64,000 nucleotides of DNA from Polyangiales bacterium (GTDB lineage Bacteria; Myxococcota_A; Polyangia; Polyangiales; Ga0077539), in NCBI GenBank assembly GCA_044229975.1, contig JBGARZ010000001.1:1-64000 (forward strand), read 5' to 3'. The translations under genes were made by a program, and so were the position numbers. Below are positions 31,076 to 39,951 of this stretch, piece after piece. Position 1 is the stretch's first letter, and the number at the start of each line of letters is the position of its first letter. The notes under the pieces were generated by a model that worked only from the letters and a program-made list of their open reading frames with translations, was not told the DNA's origin and did not search any database.

Positions 31076-32500
31076 GTGCTGGCGCGGTTGCGAGCCCGGC
31101 TCGACGCCCCGGTGGACGTCGCCTCCCTCGCGGCCTTCCGCATCTTCTTCGGGGCGATGATGTTCGCGGGCGTCGTGCGCTTCGCCGCGCGCGGATGGAT
31201 CGCCCCGCTCTACATCGAGCCCCGGCACTACTTCACGTACGTGGGCTTCTCGTGGGTGCGGCCGCTGCCGGGACCATGGATGTACGCGCTCTTCGCGGTG
31301 ATGGGCTGCGCGGCGCTCGGGCTCACCGTGGGGTGGCGCACCCGCGTGAGCGCGCTGGTCTTCGCGGTGACGTTCACGTGGGTCGAGCTCATCGACAAGA
31401 CCAACTACCTCAACCACTACTACCTGGTGTCGCTGCTGGCCTTCTGGCTGGCGCTGCTGCCAGTGGGCGGGGCGTTTTCGCTCGATGCGCGGCGCGACCC
31501 GTCGCTCGCGCGCTCGACGGTGCCGACCTGGATGGTGTGGTTCGTCCGCGCGCAGCTCGGGCTGGTGTACTTCTGCGCGGGCGTCGCGAAGCTGCGCCCC
31601 GACTGGTTGCTGCGGGCCGAGCCGCTGCACACGTGGCTGCTCGCCCGGGCGGATGTGCCGGTGCTGGGTGCGCTCTTCCGCTACCGGGCGACGGCCTTTG
31701 CGTTCAGCTACGGGGGCCTGGTCTTCGACCTGGGCGTGGCCTTCGCGCTCTGCCATCGGCGCACGCGACCGTGGGCCTACGCGGCGGTGGTGGCGTTCCA
31801 CGCGCTGACGTGGTCGCTGTTCAACATCGGGATGTTTCCGTGGGTGATGGTGGTCTGCACGACGGTGTTCTTCGGGGCGTCGTGGCCGCGGATACTCGTC
31901 TCCAAGGTCACCGCGCCCGGCCGCCGCGGGTTGAAAACCCACGGCAGCCAAGATGATGTCCGCGCCGCGGACTGTCCGATGTCCACGCACAATGACCAGC
32001 CCGCATCGCGGGCTTTCCCTTGGCTGCCGTGGGTTTTCAACCCGCGGCGGCCGGGCGCGACGGGCGCTCTCCTCCCCCTCGCCGCGCTGCACCTCGTGGT
32101 GCAGCTCGCGCTCCCGTGGCGGCACCTGCTCTACCCCGGCAACGTGCTCTGGAACGAGCAGGGCTTCCGCCTCGCCTGGCACGTCATGCTCATCGAGAAG
32201 TCCGGCGACGTGGAGTTTCACGTCCGCGACCCCCACACCGGCCAGCGCTGGACCGTCATGCCCGAGGAGTTTCTCACTCCCCTCCAAGGCCGGATGATGG
32301 CGCCCGTCCCCGACATGATCGTGCAGGCCGCCGGGTGGGTGCGCGACGATTTCGCCCGCCGCGGTCACCCCGATGTGGTGGTCACCGTCGACGCGTACAC
32401 CTCGCTCAACGGGCGGCCCGCGCGGCGGCTCATCGACCCCGCCGTCGACCTCGGGCGCGAGCGCGACTCGCTCGGCCCGAAGCCGTGGATCACACCTTGA
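31076..32500 (+). CDS. HTTM-domain vitamin K-dependent gamma-carboxylase-like protein
   Basis: LAAFRIFFG, DKTNYLNHYYL, YFCAGVAKLRPDW, FNIGMFP, GFRLAWHVML.EK, SLNGR..LIDP.VDL. Confidence 0.9.
   Translation: MLARLRARLDAPVDVASLAAFRIFFGAMMFAGVVRFAARGWIAPLYIEPRHYFTYVGFSWVRPLPGPWMYALFAVMGCAALGLTVGWRTRVSALVFAVTFTWVELIDKTNYLNHYYLVSLLAFWLALLPVGGAFSLDARRDPSLARSTVPTWMVWFVRAQLGLVYFCAGVAKLRPDWLLRAEPLHTWLLARADVPVLGALFRYRATAFAFSYGGLVFDLGVAFALCHRRTRPWAYAAVVAFHALTWSLFNIGMFPWVMVVCTTVFFGASWPRILVSKVTAPGRRGLKTHGSQDDVRAADCPMSTHNDQPASRAFPWLPWVFNPRRPGATGALLPLAALHLVVQLALPWRHLLYPGNVLWNEQGFRLAWHVMLIEKSGDVEFHVRDPHTGQRWTVMPEEFLTPLQGRMMAPVPDMIVQAAGWVRDDFARRGHPDVVVTVDAYTSLNGRPARRLIDPAVDLGRERDSLGPKPWITP
31912..32059. mobile_element. 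REPIN/MITE-like palindromic element inside the HTTM CDS
   Basis: Perfect 41-bp inverted arms (31912-31952 and 32019-32059), each with hairpin GGGTT-GAA-AACCC. Confidence 0.8.
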
Positions 32501-33890
32501 GCTTCTTCCAACCGCCGCGGCTGAACTTCACGCCCATCAGCACCGCCAGCGCCACGCCGTAGGCCGCCGCCGCGAGCCACACGCCGATGAGCCCGAGGCC
32601 CATCACCTTCCCCAGCAGCCACGCCAGCGGAACCAGACAGAAGAAGTGGAGCACCAGCTCCACCACCATCACGAAGCGCGTCTCGCCCGCCCCGAAGAGC
32701 GCCTGCGTCAGGATCATCGCCGTCGCGATCACCGGCCCCATGCACGCCATGATCTTCATCGGCCCGGCGCCCACCACGATGACCTCCGGCGCGTGCGTGA
32801 ACACCCCGAGCACCCGGTCGGGAAACACGAACATGAACAGCCCCAGCGCCCCGAAGAGCATCACGCCCAGCTTCACGCTCGTCCACGCGTAGCGCTCGGC
32901 CAGCTCAGGGTCGCCCTGCCCCAGGCTCTGCCCGACCAGCGTCGCCGTCGCGGTGCCGAAGGCGAGGCAGGACACGAAGGTCGCGCTCAGCACCTCGATG
33001 ATGATGGTGGTCGCCGCGCCGTTGAAGCTCGCCGCCGCGCCCGCGCGAATCGCGTCGTCGTCGATGGACGAGACCACCTTCGTGAAGATGAGGAAGCCCG
33101 TCATCACCGCCGTCGTCGCCACGCCGCCTGGCACCGACAGCTTCAGGAGCTGCTTCATGGTCGTCCACGACAGCACCCCCGGCCGGTAGAACTGGAACGC
33201 CGCCCGGTCGACGCCGCGCAGCGAGAAGCCGACCATCACCAGCAGGCCGATCCACGACGACACGCACGCCGCGACGCCGGCGCCCGACACGCCCATGTTG
33301 GGCGCGCCGAAGCGGCCGAAGATCAGGATCCAGCAGAGCAGGCCGTTGACGACGTTCATCGCGAGGGCGGCGAAGAGGTGCAGGTGCGTCTGGCCGACGC
33401 CGTCGTAGAAGCTCTTGTACGCAGCCGTCGCGGCCATCGAGGCGACACCCACGAAGCGCCACTGGGCGTACCCGACGCCGAGCGCCACCACGTTGGCGTT
33501 GTCGCTCAACTGGCGAAACACCCACGGCAGGCTGAACCACCCGCCGATCGTCCCGACGGCTCCGCCGACGAGGGCGATGACGGCGGCGTTGGGGAGCACC
33601 GCGCCTGCTTCGAGGGGACGGCCCTCGCCGATGCGCCGCGCCGTCGTGGCCTGGGTGCCCACGGAGATGGACGACAGGAAGCCGCCCACCGCCCACAGCA
33701 GCATGAGCGACGGCGTAAGCGCGAACTGCCCATCAGTGGCCACCTGCCGCGGGAGCTGGCCGATGAAGTAGGTGTCCACGATGTTGACCCCGGTCTGGGT
33801 CAGCATGGCCAGGATCACCGGGCCGGCGAGCTGGAGGATGCGCGCGGCCTTCGCACGATCGAGCCACGGACGCGAGGTCGTTGAGGTCAT
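32490..33890 (-). CDS. MATE family efflux transporter
   Basis: LAGPVILAML..NIVDTYFIGQL, G.P.MGVSGAGVA, duplicated 6-TM halves. Confidence 0.92.
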   Translation of the reverse strand: MTSTTSRPWLDRAKAARILQLAGPVILAMLTQTGVNIVDTYFIGQLPRQVATDGQFALTPSLMLLWAVGGFLSSISVGTQATTARRIGEGRPLEAGAVLPNAAVIALVGGAVGTIGGWFSLPWVFRQLSDNANVVALGVGYAQWRFVGVASMAATAAYKSFYDGVGQTHLHLFAALAMNVVNGLLCWILIFGRFGAPNMGVSGAGVAACVSSWIGLLVMVGFSLRGVDRAAFQFYRPGVLSWTTMKQLLKLSVPGGVATTAVMTGFLIFTKVVSSIDDDAIRAGAAASFNGAATTIIIEVLSATFVSCLAFGTATATLVGQSLGQGDPELAERYAWTSVKLGVMLFGALGLFMFVFPDRVLGVFTHAPEVIVVGAGPMKIMACMGPVIATAMILTQALFGAGETRFVMVVELVLHFFCLVPLAWLLGKVMGLGLIGVWLAAAAYGVALAVLMGVKFSRGGWKKLKV

Positions 33891-33994
33891 AGGTGCTTCG
33901 GTGCCCGTCTCGCTTGCGGAAGTGGGGACCACTACCCGGAAGGCGGAGACGTTGACAAGGCGCTGTGAGAGGGACTAACCCCCGCAGCGTCTCC

Positions 33995-34765
33995 ATGGAG
34001 GTCTCAGTGGTCGATCACGGTCGCTCGAAGCACAACGCCGCGTGGTCGGCTTTCACCTGGGTCGTCCGGGTCGCCGCGCTCGGCGCCCTCGCCGGTGGCT
34101 GCACCAGCCCCGACTATCCCAACTGCGAAAACGACCGCCACTGCCAGCGCGACGGGCACCGCGAGTTCTGCGTGAACCGTCACTGCCAGCAGTGCCGTAG
34201 TGGTGCCGATTGCGGCGCCGAGCAGACCTGCCTGCGTGGGCGCTGCGTCGACGGCGTCAACGCCTGCGACGGCGACAACGACTGCCTCTCGGGCCAGGTG
34301 TGCACCGAGCACCGCTGCGTCGCGCGCCCCGAGTGCGACGCCACGCGCACCTGCGGCACCGGCCGTCACTGCGAGGTCGGCCACTGCGTCGCCGATCCGA
34401 CCGAGGACACCGACCCCGTCGACAACCGCGGCCCGGTCTGCAACCTCGAGCCGCCGTACTTCGACTTCGACGACAACGCGCTCAGCCCCGCCGCCCGCGA
34501 GACCCTCGCCCGCGACGCCGAGTGCCTGCGCCGCGAGACCGGCAGCCGCTACACCCTCATCGGCCGCTGCGACTCCCGCGGCACCACCGAGTACAACCTC
34601 GCCCTCGGCGAGCGGCGCGCCCGCGTGGTGCGCCAGTACCTGATGAACCTCGGCGTGCTGCCCGATCGCATCGCGGTGTCGTCCGAGGGCTCCGAAGGCG
34701 CCACCGGCACCGATGACGAGGGCTACCGCCGCGACCGCCGCGTGGACTTCCGCCAGAGGCCCTGA
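33995..34765 (+). CDS. pal: Pal/OmpA-family lipoprotein with Cys-rich N-terminal repeats
   Basis: Lipobox LAGGC; YFDFD, G.CDSRGTTEYNLALGERRA, RRV. Confidence 0.85.
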   Translation: MEVSVVDHGRSKHNAAWSAFTWVVRVAALGALAGGCTSPDYPNCENDRHCQRDGHREFCVNRHCQQCRSGADCGAEQTCLRGRCVDGVNACDGDNDCLSGQVCTEHRCVARPECDATRTCGTGRHCEVGHCVADPTEDTDPVDNRGPVCNLEPPYFDFDDNALSPAARETLARDAECLRRETGSRYTLIGRCDSRGTTEYNLALGERRARVVRQYLMNLGVLPDRIAVSSEGSEGATGTDDEGYRRDRRVDFRQRP

Positions 34766-34770
34766 ACCCG

Positions 34771-35595
34771 ATGCCGTCGACGCTTCGCCCCGCCGCGCTC
34801 GTCGTGATGGCCGCCCTCAGCACCGGCTGCTGGGTGACGACCTCCGAAGCCGACCACACCCGCCGCGCCTTCGAGACCCGCGTCCGTGCGCTGGAGACCA
34901 ACGACCAGCAGCGCCGCCAGCAGCTCAACGAGGCCGTCGAGCGCGCCACCGCACAGGTCGCCACCCTCAACGAACAGCTCGAACAGGCCCGCACCCAGAC
35001 GCGCAACACCGCCGACCTCGGGGCCCGCATCGAGTCCTTTGAGGAGCGCATCCGCGGCCTCACCGGCACCCTCGAAGAACTCCGCCACTCGCTCGACGAG
35101 ACGGCCACGGCCCGCTCGCAGATCAACTCCCGCATCGAGGTCGTCGAGCGGCGGCTGGGCGTCGCGCCGATGGTCGATCCGTCGCAGGTTCCGGCCGACA
35201 ACACGGCGCTCTTCGCGCTCGCGCGGCAGGCCTTCGATGCGCGCGACTACGCCCGGGCCCGCTTCCTCGCGCAGGCGCTGGTCGCTCGCGCGGCGACCGA
35301 CGCGCTCGCCGACGACGCGAAGCTCCTCATCGGCCGCAGCCACCTCGCGGAGAACCGCGCCGCCACGGCGGTGCAGGAGTTTGCCTCCATCACGCGCGAC
35401 TACCCGTCGGGCGACGCGGTGCCCGACACCCTGGCCGCGCTCGCCGAGGCGTACACCAACCTGCGGATGTGCGTGCTGGCCCAGCGAACGCTTCGGCTGC
35501 TCATCGAGCGTCACGGCCGCACCCCGGCGGGCACCCAGGCTCCGGCCCGACTCGAAGCCGTGCGGCGGCTGCCGCGCGAGGCCTGCACGGAATGA
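34771..35595 (+). CDS. cpoB: Tol-Pal protein YbgF/CpoB-like (coiled coil + TPR)
   Basis: Lipobox, heptad coiled coil, TPR with DYP..D; directly after pal. Confidence 0.75.
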   Translation: MPSTLRPAALVVMAALSTGCWVTTSEADHTRRAFETRVRALETNDQQRRQQLNEAVERATAQVATLNEQLEQARTQTRNTADLGARIESFEERIRGLTGTLEELRHSLDETATARSQINSRIEVVERRLGVAPMVDPSQVPADNTALFALARQAFDARDYARARFLAQALVARAATDALADDAKLLIGRSHLAENRAATAVQEFASITRDYPSGDAVPDTLAALAEAYTNLRMCVLAQRTLRLLIERHGRTPAGTQAPARLEAVRRLPREACTE

Positions 35596-36962
35596 GCTCG
35601 GCCGCGCGCCCCGATCGCGGTGCGCCCGGTCCGTTGAGCGACACCACGCTCCGCATCGGCGCGGACGGCGTTCGCCTGGGCAACCGCATCGGCGAGGGAA
35701 CCCTCTCCGAGGTCTACCGCGGCACCCAGCAGTCCCTCGGCCGCGCCGTCGCGGTGAAGGTGCTCAAAGGCTCCGTCGCACCGACCTCGCCCCTCGGCCG
35801 CCGCTTCGAGCGCGAAGGCTCCCTGCTCGCCTCCCTCGCCCACCAGAACATCCCGCAGATCGTCGACGTCGGTCGCACCGAAGACGGCCGCCCCTTCCTG
35901 GTGATGGAGCTCGTCGAAGGCCCCACGCTCGCCGCACTTCGCGCCCCGCGTGAGGTGCTCGCGGCCGATGTCGCGACCATCATCGCGCTCAAGGTCGCCC
36001 GCGCGCTGGAGTACGCGCACCTGCGCGGCATCGTCCACCGCGACCTGAAGCCCGGCAACGTGCTCATCTCGCGGCGCGGCGAGGTGAAGCTCGCGGACTT
36101 CGGCCTCGCCCGCGAGATCAACGACACCGTCGACGACCGCCTCGGCGTGGTCGGAACGCCCGCGTACATGTCCCCCGAGCAGGTGCTCGGCGACAAGATG
36201 GACTTCCGCTCGGACATCTTCTCCTTCGGCATCGTCCTGTACGAAGCGCTCACGGGTCGCCGCCCCTTCCAGGAAGACCCGGGGCGCACGGTGATGCAGA
36301 AGATCCGCCTCGATCGCTACGTGTCGCCGCGGAGGTTTCGACCGGAGGTTCCGACGACGCTGGAGCGCATCCTCTCGCGCTGCCTGGAGAAGAACCCCTC
36401 GTATCGCTACCCCAGCACCGGCAGCCTCTGCGACGACCTCAACGAGCACCTCGCGCGGCGCGGCGTCATCTCGCACGAAGCCCGCCTGGTCGGGTACCTG
36501 CGCGAGTGCGGTCTCATCGAGGAACGCGACGTCCACGATGCGCTCGGACCGATGGCGGGCGCGTGGTCGAAGGCGCCGCCGAAGTACCACCCGATGCGGC
36601 AGATGGTGGCCGGGCAGTTCGCGGCGCTGGGCATTGCGCTCGGTGCGCTCGCGACGCTCGAGCTCACCCGCGGCCGCGAGCAGGACCCGACGGCCCTCAT
36701 CGGTCCGCGCCCCGCGGGTGCCGCGGGCGTCGGTCAGCTCCGCGTGCTCGCGCGCCCGTGGGCCGAGGTCATCGTCGACGGAACCACCGTGGACACCACG
36801 CCCATGAGCCGATCGGTTCCGCTCGCGCCGGGGCAGCACTTCATCCGCCTGCGCAACCCGGCGTACGTCACCGAAGACCGCGCCGTCCAGGTGAGCGCGG
36901 GGCAGACCGTCTGGATCGACGTCGACCTCCGCCCCACCCACGAGGCCCCCAGTGCGCCGTAG
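35592..36962 (+). CDS. Membrane Ser/Thr protein kinase with C-terminal PEGA-like domain
   Basis: VAVK, HRDLKPGN, DFG, GTPAYMSPE; TM; PWAEVIVDG..LAPGQH. Confidence 0.93.
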   Translation: MSSAARPDRGAPGPLSDTTLRIGADGVRLGNRIGEGTLSEVYRGTQQSLGRAVAVKVLKGSVAPTSPLGRRFEREGSLLASLAHQNIPQIVDVGRTEDGRPFLVMELVEGPTLAALRAPREVLAADVATIIALKVARALEYAHLRGIVHRDLKPGNVLISRRGEVKLADFGLAREINDTVDDRLGVVGTPAYMSPEQVLGDKMDFRSDIFSFGIVLYEALTGRRPFQEDPGRTVMQKIRLDRYVSPRRFRPEVPTTLERILSRCLEKNPSYRYPSTGSLCDDLNEHLARRGVISHEARLVGYLRECGLIEERDVHDALGPMAGAWSKAPPKYHPMRQMVAGQFAALGIALGALATLELTRGREQDPTALIGPRPAGAAGVGQLRVLARPWAEVIVDGTTVDTTPMSRSVPLAPGQHFIRLRNPAYVTEDRAVQVSAGQTVWIDVDLRPTHEAPSAP

Positions 36963-37893
36963 CGCCGTGGCGTTGGTGCTCGGTCTGGTGCTCGCGGGTC
37001 GCGCGGCGCTCGCCGACGTGACGCATGTGTTCACGCGGGGCGAGACCTTCGCGGCCATCGCCGAGCGCTACTACGGCAACACGGCGATGGAGCCCGTGGT
37101 CGTCGCGGCCAACTTCCTCCACCTGCAAGCGAACCCCAATCTCCCGACGGGAGTGCACCTCACCATCCCGAGCGTCGGGTACCACCGCGTCGCGACGGGC
37201 GAGACCTGGGAGCGGTTGGCGGCACGTCACCTCGGCGACGCCAATCGCGCGGCGTATCTCGCGCGCATCAACGGCGGGGTGTTCGGCGTGTCGCCGAGCG
37301 TCGGGGCGGTGATACGGCTTCCGTACCTGCTTCGATATGTGGTCGAGGCCGAGGAGCCGATGTTCGAGGTCGCGCGGCGCTTCTATGGCGACCGGGCGAT
37401 GGTGCAGTTCATCTCGGAGTTCAATCGGATGTCGTCGCAGCGGCTGGCGCGGGGGCAGTTGCTCATCCTGCCGCTCGCCGACCTCGTGCTGCGCGAGACG
37501 GCCGCCGACAGCGCCGACACCGCGCTCATCGCCGCGCACACCGCGCAGCGCCAGGTCGACCGGGAGATTCCGACGCTCGAACAGTTCGTGACGCGTGGGC
37601 TCTACGTCGAAGCGGTGGCGCTCGGCGGGCGGCTGCTCGGGCACGACGATCTCGCGAGCCCGCAGCGGGTGGTGGTGCTGCGACACGTGGCCGAGGCGTA
37701 CGCGGCGCTCGACCGGCGTGACCTCGCGGCGGATGCGTTCCGCGATTTGCTGAGACTCGAACCGGCCTTCGTGATGGACCCGGTGCGCACGGCGCCGAAG
37801 GTGCTCGACGCGCTCAGCCTGGCGCGAGGGACGGCACCCGAGCAGACGCTGCGGGCGGCACCGCCGACGGGGCGGCCGGATACGGCGCACTGA
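36952..37893 (+). CDS. LysM-repeat + TPR secreted protein
   Basis: Three LysM-like repeats (GETFAAIAERYYG, GETWERLAARHLG, FEVARRFYG). Confidence 0.8.
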   Translation: MRRSAVALVLGLVLAGRAALADVTHVFTRGETFAAIAERYYGNTAMEPVVVAANFLHLQANPNLPTGVHLTIPSVGYHRVATGETWERLAARHLGDANRAAYLARINGGVFGVSPSVGAVIRLPYLLRYVVEAEEPMFEVARRFYGDRAMVQFISEFNRMSSQRLARGQLLILPLADLVLRETAADSADTALIAAHTAQRQVDREIPTLEQFVTRGLYVEAVALGGRLLGHDDLASPQRVVVLRHVAEAYAALDRRDLAADAFRDLLRLEPAFVMDPVRTAPKVLDALSLARGTAPEQTLRAAPPTGRPDTAH

Positions 37894-37896
37894 AGC

Positions 37897-38131
37897 GACC
37901 ACGCCCGCGGTCGACGTCCGGGGCCCACGCCGCAGCGTTAGCGCGGCGCGCGTCCGCCCACGCCCGCGGTCACCGGCCTTACCCGGAGGGACGCGACCGC
38001 CCACGCCCGCGGTCACCGACCTTACCCGAAGGGACGCGACCGCTTGCGCCCGCGGTCGTCGGTCCGGAGCGCGTCGGGCGAGGTCGCGGTCGCGTCCCTC
38101 CGGGTAAGGCCTCCGACCGCGGGCGTGGGCG
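37897..38131. repeat. Intergenic REP-like mosaic: 43-bp direct repeats plus an inverted copy
   Basis: cgcccacgcccgcggtcaccggccttacccggagggacgcgac at 37955 and 37998, inverted at 38089-38131; 32-bp arm at 37920 shared with 8759. Confidence 0.85.
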
Positions 38132-38179
38132 GGTGCGCGCCAGAGCGACGGAGGTCGTCCGGGCGGGGTGTCTCGCTCT

Positions 38180-38545
38180 CTACTGCGTGCACACGCAGCG
38201 CGCCGTCGCACCGGCGACCACGCACGTCTGGTTTGCCCCGCATGCCGGTTCGTCCCCGCAGCGGCACGATCCGGGATCGCACCGGTCGGCCCGCAGGCAG
38301 ATCTCGGTCCCCGGGAGGCACAGTGCTGTTGCGAAGGGGTTGTTTCCCGCGGAGACCTGCGCCCACCGCACGCACGCGGCCTGCCCCTGACCATCACAGA
38401 TACCCGCGTGAATTGGCTGATCCGAGGCGGGCGCGCAGGCCCGCGCGACGTCCGCGCGACCTGCGTCCTCGTCCTCGCGCACGGCGGTCCCGCTGCACGC
38501 TGCGAGCGCCGTCAGCGCCGCAAGAAACCCCACCGCGTCCCGCAT
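38180..38545 (-). CDS. Small Cys-rich lipoprotein (121 aa)
   Basis: Lipobox ALAAC; about 12 further Cys. Confidence 0.65.
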   Translation of the reverse strand: MRDAVGFLAALTALAACSGTAVREDEDAGRADVARACAPASDQPIHAGICDGQGQAACVRWAQVSAGNNPFATALCLPGTEICLRADRCDPGSCRCGDEPACGANQTCVVAGATARCVCTQ

Positions 38546-39020
38546 CGCGACCATCACACGCACCATGGCACCGATCGGCGACCGGGACCAACGCCCCGCT
38601 CGCCGCCAACCGCAGCGTGGTCGCGTCCCTCCGGGTCTGACGTCCACTGCGCGCGTGGATGGATGCTCTCCGAAGCAACAGCACCTGTATGGGAGAGGCG
38701 TCAGCTCGACGCGTCGGTTGCATCCTTGGGCCACGGGATCTGTCCCCGCGTGAGCGGGTGGAACTCGCCGTCGGTGGGAGTGCATCAACGGCGTGTTTAC
38801 CACGGTGCGCTCGCGTGTTTCCCCCACGCCCTACCGTCCACCTCGCCCCTCCGCCACCGACGCCACCAACACCCCCCGTGTACCGCGCGCCCCTTCGCCA
38901 CCCGCTCCGCGACGCACTGGTTCTTCTGGACACCGCTCGCGCACCGACGGCACGATCACCACGATGGACCCGTCTGCCGGTACATCACCGGCGCGGCCGT
39001 CACTGGAGGGATGACGTTCC

Positions 39021-39875
39021 ATGAGCAAGGCGAAGACCCGCACTCCCAAACCCAAGCGCGCCCCCGCGAAGACCGCCACCGCGCGTGACCCCGACGTGCC
39101 CGTCGTCGACGGCTCACAGGCCGCCTACGACGCCTTCCTCCCCGCCGCCCTCCAGATCGCCGAAGCCGACGTGCGCCCCTTCCGCTACGACGCCTCGCTC
39201 GCCTTCCACAACGTCACCCGCGGCCTCGCCGCGCTCCAGCCCCACGAGGCCACCCTCCGCGCCGAGCTCCCGCGCACCGACGTCGCCGCGCTCCGCACCC
39301 TGCCCGACCTCGCGCTCGCCGTGATCTTCGCCGCCGATCAGGTCGACCGCGGCGCCGCCCGCAGCGACGGAACCACCGCCCGCCTCCTCAAAGAAGCCTT
39401 CGCCAGCCGCACGCTGCTCCTCGACGCCGCCACCGCGCTCGCGGGCAAGGGGCTCATCCCCAGGCGCTCTGTCGCCAAGATCCGCGAGGGCCGCGGCAAC
39501 ATCGACGCCGCCAGCGACTGCGTCGCGCTCGCCGCCCTCTTCCAGAAGCACGCCGCCGCCGTGAAGGGCCGCCACGCCCTCGCGAAGTCCGACCTCGCCG
39601 CCGCCAGCGACGTCGGCAACGCGCTGCTCAAGATCCTCATGCCGAAGCGCTCCCGCACCCGCACGACGCCCGCCGCCGTCCTGGACGCCATCGAAAACCG
39701 CGACCGCCTCTGGACCCTCCTCGTCGAGCGCTTCGAAGGCCCCCACGGCCTCGAACGAGCCGCCATGCACCTGTGGGGACGCGACGCCGCCGAGCACGTT
39801 CCCCCGCTGCTCTCCTTCAAGCCCGCCGCCCGCGCGAAGCCCGCACCCGCCCCCGCACCCGCCCCGGTCGCCTGA
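39021..39875 (+). CDS. Hypothetical helical protein
   Basis: GGAGG RBS, strong GC3 bias, Lys-rich N-terminus, PAPAPA tail. Confidence 0.75.
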   Translation: MSKAKTRTPKPKRAPAKTATARDPDVPVVDGSQAAYDAFLPAALQIAEADVRPFRYDASLAFHNVTRGLAALQPHEATLRAELPRTDVAALRTLPDLALAVIFAADQVDRGAARSDGTTARLLKEAFASRTLLLDAATALAGKGLIPRRSVAKIREGRGNIDAASDCVALAALFQKHAAAVKGRHALAKSDLAAASDVGNALLKILMPKRSRTRTTPAAVLDAIENRDRLWTLLVERFEGPHGLERAAMHLWGRDAAEHVPPLLSFKPAARAKPAPAPAPAPVA

Positions 39876-39951
39876 CGCCTTCCGTCGGCATTCTCCGACA
39901 ACACCTGTTGACCCGCCCCGCGCTCCGCGAGTATCCGTCCACACCCATCGT

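Noticed and set aside
38666..38697. Hairpin ctctcc...ggagag as a possible riboswitch
   Set aside because: No recognisable aptamer consensus; short stems are common at this GC content
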